Below are positions 11,946-33,668 of a DNA stretch of 64,000 nt, piece after piece. Positions within the stretch are counted from its first letter, which is position 1. Each line of letters opens with the position of its first letter. The translations under genes were made by a program, and so were the position numbers. The stretch is from Setoptus koraiensis (lineage: Eukaryota; Animalia; Arthropoda): positions 17,174,001 to 17,238,000 of the forward strand of contig CM106586.1 of assembly GCA_048013815.1 (NCBI GenBank), read 5' to 3'. The notes under the pieces are model-generated. The model had not been told where the DNA came from, did no database searches, and worked only from the letters and a program-made list of their open reading frames with translations.

Positions 11946-14142
11946 TGTTTCCGGATGTAATATTCAAATCATCGACTAAATATCAACTAAATATCAGCCA
12001 AATAAAGAATTGGTCATAATTGGACGCAATTTCTTGTTTGTATTTTGCGAGTTTATCGAAGGATTTGATTGGATATTTTAAGGCTCATTAACTGATGATC
12101 CGCTCAAAAGGGCTGCTCTCATTGTGTCTTGCTGACGGCAGACGGCTTATTGCACATGTCTTTGTTTGCACTGAATTTTGCACTTGCTGATCACCTGGTG
12201 TAACTTTATACAACATGTAACTTGTGGCTCGCAAAACTTTGAATGGTCTGGAGTGTTTCTAATCAGTTTAATCAGTTACCACAGTTGCTTCTGTTTGTGT
12301 TTTGTCAGTTTCTGTGGATTTTGTCAAGATATCGATTGACTGCCGATATAAATCATAGATAGTATGATGCTGCACACCCTTTTTGAAACTTGTGACGTGC
12401 AGAGTCTTGCCAGCTCAATCATGAAACACCTAATAGTCACAAGAATTCTATTTCTTTCTTCTTAACTTATATTTAGACCTACATGTACATCGAACCAACA
12501 GCGACAAACTCAAACGGCACTTTTAACTCTGTCACTGAGGCCAGCAATGATTTCGCATCGAGTCAGAATCACTTGAGCGACTAAATGGTTGGTACCTGGA
12601 TTAGTTGGTGGTTAATTATAGTGTTCACAGAAGATATGATCGCGAAAAGACTGCGAAAATAAAGCTCCTGTTGCAAAGAATTCACAGAAGTAAACTTGCT
12701 TTTCTCGTCGCACTACAGTCTTGATACATGATGTATTAACTAACAATGAAAAATTGTAAAATGAACATTCGTTGTAAAATTCATCACGTATTTATCTCGT
12801 GCTGTGTAGATCAATGATGACACTTGTCGGCACAACTAAGATTTTGAGATTGACATTTGCCTGTTTATGTTACAATACAGTGGCGAATTGAAAAAGATTG
12901 ACGAAATTGTCAATAAGTATCACTATGAGATACGTGTGCCCACCAACCTGCTTACATACAATCAACAGGAGCTTGCTTCTCCGATCTAGCAGAAGATCAC
13001 TTTACGGCCATTGTTGTTGTCCTTTGTCAACACTTGTCAGCCATACGATATAATCATAAATTTGTCTCTTTTCCGTCTCGGATTGATATGCTCATTCTAC
13101 TTCAGCAATTGAATCCGACAATTGTGAGATGCAATTTCAGAGGCAGACCTGTCATCGTGGTTCGCCTAAAAATTATTTCACTGTTCGAGCTCATGATGAC
13201 AGTTTACGAAAGCACACAATACAGACATATTATGTCGGATTACTTGCACATAACGTTGACAAGATACCCAGAGATGTGTGAAACGATTCACGGTCATGTC
13301 AATGGAGAACAATCACTTGGTTAGAGATTGTAAAAAGAATACAAATCTAGTTGGGTGCATGTGTCCTTCGTTTGAAGTCAAGCTCCCGGTTGAACAATCC
13401 TGTACAATATCTATTCGACAACACAAGAACGCGAATCGCATAATTGCTTTCTTTTAACCTGATACTTATTGTCATATGGGCATTTCAAGTATTAAATTGG
13501 CATAAGCAGCTCGATCCAGAGCAAACTTCGAACTGTACCGGCAGTATCCGGCAGTTGTGACTGACTCTAAGCTCGCAGCGACTAATTGCTACCTCTGTCT
13601 GTTCGACAGGTGAAAAACATGATTCTTTATTGCATTTTGAATGATTGCAAGCCACAGCAATCCATAAGCACCAATCTCTTATCTTGGACTGTTGTTTTTG
13701 TATAACACACACACACACACGCAACTATTGATAAGTCCACTATGCTCAGATAGGGATCAATCAAGTAGAGACATAAATCAAGCCGGGATGTAAGGCCATC
13801 GTCATCATGGCAAGCTAATAGTATAGCTAGATTGTTGCGATCAGCGGAGTAAACAGGTTTCGTTTGTAATCATCATGCGTTGAATTTGCAGTTCATCTTC
13901 TGTGATTTTGGAAGATGCCAGGCAACTGCAAATCTGAGAAAGTAGTCGTAGCCTATTGTTTGATCAAGTGCCTGCGAGAGAGTATTGTCATGCATATTGA
14001 CAAGTGAGAGTGAGTTCATGAAAATCATGAGTTTAAACAGTTGATTAACTGAGATATATCATACTGCTATTATGCTATCTCGACCCGCAAAATCTTGGCT
14101 TGTTTTTCATATCACTTGTTTTCTTTATTCTTGCTACTCATT

Positions 14143-14708
14143 TCATTTTTTAATGTGTTTCTTGGATCTACGAGAAGTAATCGAGTGACCAGCCTTGCCT
14201 ATTTTGTTCTTGTTGTGTCTCTTAATCTTTTGCTTCAACGTTTTAATCTTTTTCGTATTCATCCAAACAGGATAATTTCCATGCTCATTCTTTAGGGACA
14301 AATTCTGTTTATTTTTGGTATTCTTGTTGTCGGTCATCCTGACATTAGCGCCGGCTGCCTCTGTTGATCCGGCTTCGTCCTGATCAATTTCCATGAATTC
14401 CTCCAACAATTTCGGCTCTGTTCGAAATGGATAAATGAATGAAATCAAATTAAAGGGATGTCAGTCTCAGTTGCTATCGTATGTGTTACAAAGGAAAGTT
14501 ATGTATACTCATTTACTGACTTACCTGATCCATTTTTTTTCCTTTTGTCGGCCTTGAATTTGACAACATCCATTCCGGAGGCCTCAACATTAGATTTGTT
14601 GAAGTTACTAACTATAGACTTTAATTTTACCAACTCCTTTTTGGCGTTAACTATCCTCTTTTCTGCCCTCAGTTTCCTCTTCCTCTTGGACCGCAAACTC
14701 TTGGCCAT
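14143..14708 (-). CDS. LLPH: LLP homolog (LAPS18/learning-associated protein family), 2 exons: 14708-14525 and 14417-14143, 152 aa
   Basis: N-terminus MAKSLRSKRKRKLRAEKR and C-terminal YPVWMN...K-rich tail typical of LLPH. Phase-1 intron of 107 nt (CAG|GTAAGT ... ACAG|AG) joins the two ORFs in frame. Confidence 0.9.
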
Positions 14709-15007
14709 TTTTTGTTGGTGTAGTGGTTATATAATGGAATCTGAACGATGGAATCTGATAATCTAACAATAGTAATGACGAGATGGACGAAGGACCTCGA
14801 AGTGTCCAGATGATTTTGTTTTGCTAAATCTCACGTGTTGTGCATGCTTGTATTTTGTGAAAACTACCAGCAACGTTTGGTAGATGGAGCCACAAGAAAT
14901 TCAAATTAAAACAGCGCCAAATAATTGACAAGAGAACGGGCATCAATATATTTATGTAAATAATTTATTCGATTAGATTGGATTACAATAAATATTTATT
15001 TATTAGA

Positions 15008-22759
<7,752 letters not shown>

Positions 22760-22800
22760 CACCGGCCAGTACCGTGTGAATGTTGCTGCTTCGGGCGCAT
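22760..22800 (-). pseudogene. Orphaned original start of the large secreted-protein gene (ATG at 22800, MRPKQQHSHGTGRW), now terminating in the insert after LE*
   Basis: ATG CGC CCG AAG CAG CAA CAT TCA CAC GGT ACT GGC CGG TG| joins in frame to |G TTA TTG TTA... at 20714 when the insert is removed. Confidence 0.75.
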
Positions 22801-25800
22801 CCGTTATTATCATTTATCCATTGACCGATTATCCGACATTCCGTGGAGATGCGGCATCATGCGCGATAGTCGGTACGTGCATCGAGAGATATTCATACGC
22901 CCGACCGTGGCTGCGTCGAGTATCAGATGGGCCCCTTTTTGTGGCCCTGACGGCGCAAATGATACCAATAAATCAGCATTTGGGAGCAGCGCGAGTCAAG
23001 TCGGCGAGAGTCTTGTCGTGCCGTTATTTACATCTCACACGTAGAGGCCATTTAAGGGCTCATTTCGAAGGCAGTCCGAAGCCAAAAACAATCGTTATCT
23101 GCGCCGCATACACAGTTATCTTCATCGTATACCTATTTTCACCACGTACCTATCTTCACCGTGTACAGGTATCCACTCGCGGTACACTGTACACGGGTAT
23201 GTTTGCCGCATGGAGGTACGCATGCCACCTCCAGAAACAGTCCGACAATCGGAGCGTCAGGACAACAATCGAAGCGATGGACGGGTGCGAGCGATGCCGC
23301 CAAAGTTGGCCCGCCACGGGCTCGGCGTTGTAACAATTGGCACGGGCCAACTTGGCGACAAAGTATCGACAAAGCTCCGTTGGCCGGTACACCGGTCATG
23401 TGCCGCTCGTGGGGTTGCAAGGCGCGACCATCAATTACGTAATGTTGTTGAGCTCGCTGTTGTGTCCATTTGGTGCAGCCGTTGTGCCGATATTGAGAAC
23501 ACTCAGCAACAATTCATATATTGGCGATCGGGCGAACGGGGCGCGACAGCGTGAAACATTAGCAACAAATATCGCCTTGTTGATTGTTGCGCCCGACAGC
23601 GGCAGCATCATTATTATAAATCATACTGACAGCAATATCCACTTTGGCACGGGCGCGGGCCGGTGCAAGAGCGGCGATATCGGTCGAGAGAGGCGACGAC
23701 AGCGATAGCGCGCGCGCGGATAAACAAACGGATAAACACACCGAGCGGGCGGATAAGTGAGCGAATTGAAAAAACTCATTGATAAAACAAAGTAGATAAA
23801 TGCACACAACATACAGTGAGCACAATGATACACAAACGCAACAAAATGGCGCCGTTGCGCGAAATGACGCTTACAACTCGGCCCAGCCGGCTGATGGCTA
23901 ATGATAACAATATCAATCAATTTGCTGCTCGTCGGCTTCTTATTTTGGCTGTTGCGCCGTTGCAACAACCAAAATAACGGTATTGTAACAGTCAACGGTA
24001 TTGTAACAGTCGGCAGTAATGTAACAGTTATTGGCATTGTTTGTCTATCGACGTTCGTAGGTAATTATCTCGCCGAGTTGTTTGTGTAGGAATAATTTTT
24101 TCTGTTGTTGCATTATGCTGTGTGCGCTTTTCGGCGAGAGCATATTTGTGTTTGTTTCTCCGATTGTGGGAGTGCGACCATAAACAACAAACACAAATAT
24201 AGCAAACGTAACAATTTCGCTCGCTCTGTCTGATTGAAGCTCGCCAATTGACTAACTAACTGGATGAAGTAGCAAATTAGTCGGCAAGCGAGCGAAATGT
24301 TTCGCTTTTTATCTCGAGAACGGTGCCCATTGATCATCGCTCTCGATCGTTCAAGCGCCTTTGATCGTTCCGTTAGCCTGACAACCACCGAGCGACTTGC
24401 TGACAGGCAAATCAGGCAAATCAAGCAATCGAGTCGACACAGCGAGCTTGCCAAACGTGTGCGTTCAATGTAAATATTGTATGTTGCGGTGCCAAACGGA
24501 ATGAGTGCTTGTTGTGTTTGTTTTCAATCGGTTGTTGCGAGTGGCTGTGAGAGAGACGAAGAAGAAGGTCGCTGGCGCTGACAGATCGCTCAGTCATTTC
24601 GGCGAGTCGCCCCGTCAGCCCGACAGCTCGAGACCGACTCAAGAGGCGAGCGCAACAACCGCAGCAACAACAACAGCCCCAACCGCAACAACAACCGCAA
24701 CAACAGCAACAACAACAGCAACAACAATCGCAACAACAACGGCAGCAACAACAATGGCGTCAGTCGGCTGCCGTGTGAGGAGCAAATTGATCAGATCAAA
24801 CTGATCAAACCAATTTGATCGGCTGCCGTTATTTTCGCTAATTAATACAAAGCAATGACAACAGCCAGCGGCAGCCAGCGCAAGGTCGCCCCCGTTTCGC
24901 CGTTGCGGTTGTTGTTTCGCCGTTGCGGCTGCCGTTTGCCGTTGCGGCTGCCGTTTGCCGTTGCGGCTGCCGTTTTGCCGGTGCGGTTGTTATTTTGGTT
25001 GTTGTCGTCGTTGCCGCTGTCGTCAAATTGCGTCGAGTTGCGTCATGAACCGCGCCGCGCCGTGAGTCAGCGGCCCGAACACCCGGCCAAATCCATAATC
25101 AATAATCGGGCCAGGCAGCCAGATATTGGATTATTGGCGACAGCGGATCGGCATTGTCAACGGCGAGCGCGTCCGGCCCGCGAACTCAATGTGACGCGAT
25201 TAACCTGGTTATAACTGGATTAGCGGTAATGCAGTGCGCGCCAATTAAACTACAATTTAACAACAATAATATCATACACATGCGTATGTATAATGTATGC
25301 TTGGACATGCCACACAGTCCGCTGGGTCCCGGCGGCGCCGCGCCGCCCCGGCCGACGGGCCTCGGATAAGCCGCTCAGCAGCTATCTTATCCATAGGTAA
25401 TGTATGTGTGCGCATCATTAGGGGGCCCCCTTCGTTGGTCCTTCGGTGATTAAATCACTTCATTTCGCTCACATCAACGCGCCAGCCGAAACAGAGGGCG
25501 CGCACAGCCGAGGGGTCAGGTGGGGTCAGAATTATCGCAATATCCATTGCAAGGTGCTTGAGCGCGTGTGTGTGTGTGTTGTCTTTTTGTGTCGGTGCCT
25601 TGACTGACTGACTGAATCATGAGATAATGAGATTTGTGCAAATAGGCGACGACATTTGAATGTGGCCGCCCGGCTAAGCGTTTGCTTCCGGCGAGCGTCT
25701 CGCGCGCCACCACTCAATAGCTCGACAGTTCGGCCGGGTTATTGCCCCCTGCCCTCGAGCCGTCTCGCGCGATCTTAACCTTAACCTCCAAAAACGGCCC

Positions 25801-27064
25801 CCACCATCAACAGCAACGACAACAACAACCAACTGCCGCAAATATACGTAAATTACGTAACAAAAATACATAAAACAACAACTGAATGCACTGAACATTC
25901 ACACTTGACAAAGGCCATTTGACTGGGCCGCCGCTGCATACGGTCAGCGCGCACTTACACGGCCAGTGCGGCCATCGCGGCCGTTACCCGTTAGCCCGAT
26001 ACCCTTGGCCCGGTGCAGCCGGCCAGGCAGCCGACAAATAGCTGCACTGACAGGCTGAATAGCAAGATAAATGACATTAGCGGCTGCCTTTGGCCCGGCC
26101 TCACATCACCATAACCGGGCTAACCGGCTTATAATATAATGGACCCATAATGCCCAGCTAACCGTTGCTCCCGAAAGGGGCTACTTCGGCCCGTCAGTGA
26201 CGCGGGCAGGCTCGTTCATTAGCCCGAGCGCCGTACGCGAACGCCGGCCCGCAACAAAACAAGGTGGCCCCACGGCACAATGGAACCGAGTTCATCAATA
26301 AGTTCATCACGATCACAAAAGTTGGCCCCAAATCACCCTGTCCACTGTCGCCGGCGTTTATTTGCATGCACCCAGTTTGCATGTTACAACTATTAGCGGT
26401 GTGATGATCATTATGCAATCATTATCGGCGCCTAGCTTGCTGTCTTTTGATGATCTTGCAATTAATTTCCAATCGAGATTTATCGCCGATCGTATCAAAT
26501 CACACAGCGCGGCTCGGCTCAGCTCGGCTCAGCGATGCTGGTGACAGGGCAGCCACGTATAATTGCAATCAAGCAGCCGCATCGTTTGCCGGCGCTGACA
26601 TATCGTTTGTTTTTTGCAGTTGCTGGCTTGCTGGTGGCGTCACGGGCGCCGCCAACTAATTAACAATTTAATCTTTCGTGTGCAAGGCCTAAATACCCCT
26701 GACCTCGCCTGACCCACCAGCCCTGTGACCTTATAATCTTGTCAATCAATTCCATTATCGACCAGACAGACGCGTTGTGTCACAAGTTGCGTAAGCGCCC
26801 ATTCGTCGAATCGGTCGCCGATCCGGCTATCAGTGTCAATCCTAAAACTGCAACAGCGACGCCGCTCGAGGGGCTCGCCAAAAGGAACAGAGTTTCTTTT
26901 TTCGGCCGAATCGCGCAGCCAGCGATTTGATGCTGCCTGGTGTTTGCGGCACACCCGACAACACTGTTTGCTCGTCGCCCCCCCCCCCGCCCCAAGCAGC
27001 GGCACAAATGACCTGGCGACAAATCAAACACAACCCGTTTCGCCATCGATCGGCGCGAGCTCGT

Positions 27065-27138
27065 TCTCGAAAAATCGAGCCGCGCGTCGAAAAATCGCGC
27101 CGCGCGTCGAAAAATCGCGCCGCGCGTCGAAAAATCGG
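27065..27138. repeat. 20-bp tandem repeat x~4
   Basis: TCGAAAAATCGCGCCGCGCG units. Confidence 0.9.
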
Positions 27139-29155
27139 GTCTCGAATGTCGCCGAACAGACGGGCAAATTTCCATTTCGAATCCACAGAGAACCCATACA
27201 ATGGGCCCCCGGTTCGCCAGCAGCGCCCGTAGGTGGGCGGGCTCATTTCAAGATCGGTCGCCGGAGAATCGGGGGCCTGCAAGGCTTCCCTGCCGGCGCA
27301 CACCTACATACGGTATCACCCTCGACGCCGCATGTAGGCGTGCGCGGCGGCGGTATCCGTCTAGACCGGAGCCGTTCGCTCGAAATTGTCGCGAGGATCG
27401 AGATTTTCGCATTGTGACACTCGAACGGCCCGAACAGGGCCCGCTTTCGGGCTGAAAATTCCCAGTTCAAAGCGACAATAGGCCGTTTGGCCACTGGGAC
27501 TTGTGTTGCGAAACTTTCAAAAGCAAATTTTTAATTAGCGCTCACTTTCGGTCTAGATTAGCCCCAATATCCGAGGCTATTTTTGGTTGGTCGGCATTAT
27601 TAAAGCGTCGCTTTCGAGAATGTCACCCACCGGAGCGTCTGGTGGCGATATCACCCTGTGGGGCTAAATTAGCTAAGTTATCCCAGGCTTAGCTGGCGCA
27701 GACTAAACAATCAGCCGCTCGACGTCTACATGACGTCTACCGTAGACGGTCTACGTAACGCTAGCTCGGCAATTATGAGTGAGATGTTAGCGAGATTCAA
27801 GCGATTAATTGGGCCAATAATGGCCGCCGAAAAAACCCCGAAATGGGCATATGAGGAGTCACCGTCGGTTGTTGGCCAGCCGAAAAGTTGTGCCGTCCGT
27901 ACGAAAAGTTGAGCGAGACGGGAAAAATGGCCAAATGGCCAAATGGCTAAATGGCCAAATAGCCAAATGGCCAAATAGCCAAATGGATTCACGGAGGGAG
28001 CCATGCTTTTCATTACTAATTGCGGCCATCATTTCGCCGGCCAACCGTGCAACTTTTTGTCATTTTTCAGGTAGACAGTTGTGTGTATTTCGTCGTCGTT
28101 TTCATGTCGTGTCTAGACGAGACTTGACATTTGCGTCTCGTCGCGCGTCTGTTTGCTTGTTGTCGGTGTTGTAACAATAAATGCAAGGTGAATTGGGTTA
28201 CACGGCGGACATGGCCGGCGCGCGAGCCTGAATGAAATTCGGGGGCTGAGTCAATTGAATCAATTAGTGCCACATCCCATTAGTGCCACAAAAGACCAAA
28301 CGTGTCTCTGAAACCGGCCCGAAACTGCGACCCAACAAGCCGGCGTCGCCCGTGTGCGCCCCATACTGATGATATTCGGGTGCCCATTTCGTCGTCGGTC
28401 ATAATTTGGCCCCCTAAGTATGCAGTTCACCTGGTGGCCGGCGAAATGGCGCCAGGGCGAAATGGCGCACTGGCGAAACGGCGAAACGGCGAAACGGCGA
28501 AACGGCGTAACGGCAGCAAGCGTGCAGCCAATGGGTTACATAAGTTATACATGTGTATAAGTTTGCAGCGGATAATTCAGTTTGGGGCCCGGTCTCGACT
28601 TGGGGCGCTCAATTTGGTTGGCGAGGGCGCCCCTGGCAGCTCGCTGACTGGCACTATTAAGCCAACTATTAATAGAATCAAGCGGCAACATTAATATGAA
28701 TGCAAGGTGAATTTTTTTCCTTGGCAAGAACGTTGGATTTTTCCCGTTCGTGTGTGTGTGTGTGCCGGGAAAAACCCCAACTTGTGCTGCGTGTGGAAGC
28801 TGATGAATTCATTGTGTGTGTGTGTGTGTGTGTGTGTGTTTAAGTGGCAAAAGATCAGTTCCGAGAAGGCGCTTGGGCCCCTGGGCAGGTAGCGCGAACG
28901 GCGCAGTTAGCGACACAGATACAGGTAGAGCGGCCAGGCACGGGCAGCGGTGGCGAGAGTGAATTAATTGGAAGAGTAATCAATAAAAAATTGCATCATC
29001 TGATATCATCAAGTCGATGCATGTGATACGGCGAGGCTCTTTTCTTGGGCGCTTTTTTTGTTTGTGTTGCTCGCCATTGGGCGACTTTGTGGCGAGCTAG
29101 AGAAAATGTGTGCGGGTAAAAATGTGAAAGGTCACGCAAAAGGATTGCCAGTTGG

Positions 29156-29187
29156 AATTATTTCGAGGGTCGCCCCTCGAAATAATT
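29156..29187. repeat. Hairpin with 14-bp perfect stem and 4-nt loop
   Basis: AATTATTTCGAGGG-TCGC-CCCTCGAAATAATT. Confidence 0.9.
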
Positions 29188-30437
29188 TCCCAGTTTCGAG
29201 GGGCCGCTAATGGCAATGGCGCAATAATATCGCAATAATCTGGCTCGCGAGCGAGTTGGCCAAGTCAGTTGGCCAAGTCAGTTGGCCAAGTCAGTTTGGC
29301 GTTGGCATGCACAATGGAGAATGGGGCGCACATTGAGAAGCGATTCGGTGAAAAATATCGCGCAACGCAGCCATAAACTTGCATTAGTTGTTATTTTTGA
29401 CGACTAACGGCGCAACTAACGGTCTCCGTCGCCGTGTCTCTGGCTGATGATCCCAGCAAGCGCTACATTCGTCGACGCTGCTAGCTCGCCGGCCACTAAT
29501 TGGCCCGGCAAGCTAGCAGCAGCGTCGTCTAAGTTGTGTCTCATTGTGTGGCATACATTACGGCATTATGACGCAAGTTGATGAGTCTGGCAAGACGCCG
29601 CACAGTGGAGCCATGGCTGCCGTTTGCTGCCAATTTTATTTGCCGTTTGCCAGCAAAAAGCGAAGAGCAATTTGTGATTGAGTTGGCTTGATTATTGGCG
29701 AGCCCCCGAGCGATTGTTGGCCTCATCAGCGGCCGCATCTCATCGCTGTCTTGCTCATCATCAGATCTATCGCTCATAAGATGCGGCTGCTGATGCGGCC
29801 AACAATCGCCGGCCACAACCTATCAGCGGATCGAGTCATTCTAGAATCTAGAGAACCGACGACGATGGAGCGACTTTTTTAGCAGTTATGTAAGTGTTGA
29901 TTTGCACAACATTGTCGCCATGTCAGCGCATGACGCCGTCTCATTGCCGTTATGTCACATCAGTGCGAGTATTGCGAGCATTGCGAGCATTGCGAGCATG
30001 CGAGTATCAAAAGGAAATTGTGAAAAATTGTGGAAAATACGCCGAGCTAGCAACGCTGTTCGTCGCCAGAAACTTGAAATTTTTCTTTCGCAATTAGGTC
30101 GACTGTTGCTCCCATCCATCAGTAGTTGACGACTTATCCGTGATGAGGCATCGCTACCGATGAATGGGGCGCCAGCGGCAGCAACAGCGACGAGCGCAAA
30201 ACGGGCCGACATTGCGTAACGCGACCGCGACGAAAACAATGATCGGCTCGCCTCACGTCGACAGGCTGACATGCGAGGGGCCAAAAAATGTACTGTGTGT
30301 GACCGCGTCTATTTCGGCCATCGCCACTGCGGCCCGAATGCCACGCCGACCGTAATATCATATCCGGGCGGATCGTCGCCGCGGTTGTCGGCCTGATCAT
30401 CCGGGACAAAGCGAGCGGGTAAAAACGATCACCGTGT

Positions 30438-30484
30438 GTGTGTGTGTCACCCGACGGCAAGGCACCGTCGGGTGACACACACAC
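30438..30484. repeat. Hairpin with 20-bp perfect stem and 7-nt loop
   Basis: GTGTGTGTGTCACCCGACGG-CAAGGCA-CCGTCGGGTGACACACACAC. Confidence 0.9.
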
Positions 30485-32267
30485 GGGCCTTACGAATACC
30501 GTAAGTGAGTTATCGTATCGGGCGCCCGTCTCCCATTTTCGCTCATTTGTTTTTGCTTATACCCAGCTCGGGCCGCAACGCGGGCCGGCATGCGAAACAC
30601 AACTAATCATTCTCGGCTTCGTTTACCATTGCCATACATTACATATATTGTTTTATTTCCGATTTCGGCTGCCTGCCTCCCCCCCCCCCGCACAAATTTG
30701 TCGAAATGCACGCCCCCCCCCACTCCCCCGATCGCCTGTCGGCACTGGGTGCGGGACGAGCCAGGCCGCCCATTGTGTCATTGTCGGTCGACTGGTTGTA
30801 ACTGGTCACCAAAAAGCTGACGTAACATAACGCGCGATATTGAATTTCTGTCTGTATGTATTGCGGCGAACAGACCCATCCGCGGAACAGATTCGGCGGT
30901 CATGTCGGGCCGGCCAACTAAAAACGCTCTCCCTCTCTCCCGCTGTCTGCCACTAATAGCTTGCAAAGTTCAATATGCAAAAAGGGTGCGAGATGAGATT
31001 GGCACTGCTGACGAGCGACTCGACGGAACAGGAAGCGCGCGAAGAAACTGCACAATGTATGTCATTACCATATGGTGCAAATGAGCGCCGATAAGCCGCT
31101 ACACGGCTCATATCACACGAGTCGGCCTACAACAACGACAACAACGACAACAACGACAACAACGACAACAACCACAACAACAGCAACAGCAACGACGACA
31201 AAGACACCGACAACAACGACCAATGACGTCGCTAACAACGCGTGCAACACGCGCTACGTGCGCGCACTAACACCGAGGCCGATATGACGAGCCTTCGTTT
31301 GCGTCATGTCGTCTCGTGCAACGAGATGCATTGTTTGCTCTGGCGACGAGTGCGCTGGTTGTCGTCGCTGTTGTCGCTGTTGTGTGTGGTTGTCGCTGTC
31401 TTGTGTGGTTGTTGTTGTTGTTGTGTGGTTGTTGTTGTTGTGTGGTTGTTGTCGTTGCGGCACGTCGTTGGGCCTCATTATGGTCGCCGGCGCAATTGTC
31501 ATTTGGCGAGCTTGTTTATGGCTGGCGCAGCCCGTGTTAATCATTGCCGACCACGTGACGACGACGCTATCTTATCTCTATATAAAAACGCTGCTTACAT
31601 CGGGTATTACCTGTGCATTGTTGTGCCGTACCCAGCGTGGCGGCCTCTATTCAGGAATAACGGGCCACTTAGGCCCGTTCGGGTTGTAACCACCGAGCCC
31701 GAAGTGGCTTTTGGCTTTTACAAGAGAAGCCGGGCTCTTATTTCAGGAGGCCGGGCCTGAAGGGGTCCAAAGTGGCCTCCAATGCCAGTAAAAGTCCGAA
31801 TAGAGGCCGCTTCAAGCCAGCTCGGGCTTAAAGGGGCCTGCTTCCATCTTGATAAAGGCCGCCGGTTTAAACCATTTATGCCGCCGCGCTGGCCATACCG
31901 ATACACCGACATTCTGCGGACAGTGTGCCGGCATTCCGCGGACATTCCGCCGGCATTATGCGGACATTCTGGGAGCTGACAGCCGTTGGCCAGTAGCCCG
32001 CGGCTACCCGTGATAATGGGCAGCCCGTAGACAGTTACTCGATGTCGTGCCGTCACAATCAGTGTGCTGGCCAGCATTAGCCGGTGTTGGCGATATCACG
32101 GCCTTGGCGCCAATCACAAGACGCCACTCTAACTGGCAGCAGCCAGCGGCCAGCCACATGAATGAAGGGGGGGGGATTCATGACGCAATCTATATGCGCT
32201 CGGGCGCGGATTTGTTTATTTGGGCGCACGCCAAACCTGACGAGTTGTCGTGGCTCGCCCGTGACGA

Positions 32268-32352
32268 ACGACCAAAGAACGACCAAAGAACGACCAAAGA
32301 ACGACCAGAGAACAACCAGAGAACAACCAGAGAACAACCAGAGAACGACCAA
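32268..32352. repeat. 11-bp tandem repeat x~7
   Basis: GAACGACCAAA / GAACAACCAGA units. Confidence 0.85.
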
Positions 32353-33594
32353 GTAACGAGCGAAGAATGAGCTCAATCAAGCCGAATGCACCGCCGAACG
32401 CGGCCCCAAAACAAGCCAACTATATCACGTAATGTATAAATTAATGGCCGGCCTCCGGCGAACCGTGGCCCGAGCTGCCAATGGGCTAAGCAAGTCGCAA
32501 ATTGCAGCAGCTCGCCAATTAGGCCCGCCGATGCATTTGTCTGATTGCTTTTTCGGGCCGCCGATTGGTCTCTTTTTGCTCCACTTTTTGCTGCACGGGG
32601 GCCCGAGCGAGCCGAACGGCGAGTAGCCAACGGTTGCGTGTCGCATATTTATATGTTATGCGTTTGGCGCCCGGTGTATATGTTAATATTAATTGACAAT
32701 CAAGTGCTTGCATAATTAATTAACAATTAAGTGGGCCTATATCTCGTTCGTCGCTCGCCGCACGCGCACAAATCTCGTTTTTTGTCGGACATAACGCTAA
32801 TGAGATTGCTCGTTGCCGGTGTCCGCCGAGCTTGAGGCCAGACAAACAAAGGTGAACGGCACGACATTAGCATGGCTCAATCATGGCAAGACAGCGGCAA
32901 TGGCCAAATGTTGCCAAATGCCCCAATCAGCTGCAGACGGTCTGGTCGATGAAATCGCTCATATTTTGGCCTTCCAGCATGAGCGTTCGCTGCCAAAAAT
33001 ATCCAAAATATCGCCGTCATCAGCTTCGTTGCCGTCGCACGGTCTAGACTGCACGTGCGAGCCTCCAATCAACTGCCGGGCCGGCCCAGCAATTTTCGGG
33101 CCGGCAATTTGCGAGCCGCGAGCCGCGCGCCGCGTGCTGCGATCTTCCAGCCACAAGCCACAAGGCGCGAGCCGCGAACGAGGATCCGCGATCGACGAAA
33201 CACGAGCCAGCGGGCCAATCAGCTCGAAACTCGCTCGAAACTCGCGGCTTGGGACTCGGCACTCCAGATCGGGACTCGGCACCCCGGACAAGACTCCCAA
33301 CCGAAGACTGGGGCCGGATGGCGGGGTCCCCGGGCGCCCCGTTTAATCCAACTGAGCCAAATCGTGCTGCCGAGATGAGGAGCACGAGATAGGGGCAAAA
33401 TAAACTTTTCCGCGTCCTGCCAGCAACAGCCCAACAGAGGTCAATACCGAGCTTGCCGGTATTGAAAACTCGGGGCCCGTGGGGCCCGCACTTGTAGCCG
33501 GGTTCGATGAAACTATAATTGGGTTGCAATAACAGAGCTGTCCCGGCGATCACCCAAAGCTCGGTTAGCTGCGCATTGAGGCCTCGCCAGCAAA

Positions 33595-33668
33595 ATGCAA
33601 AGTCAGCAAAATGCAAAGCCAGCGAAATGCAAAGCCAGCGAAATGCAAAGCCAGCGAAATGCAAAGCA
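33595..33668. repeat. 16-bp tandem repeat x~4-5
   Basis: AAATGCAAAGCCAGCG units. Confidence 0.85.
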
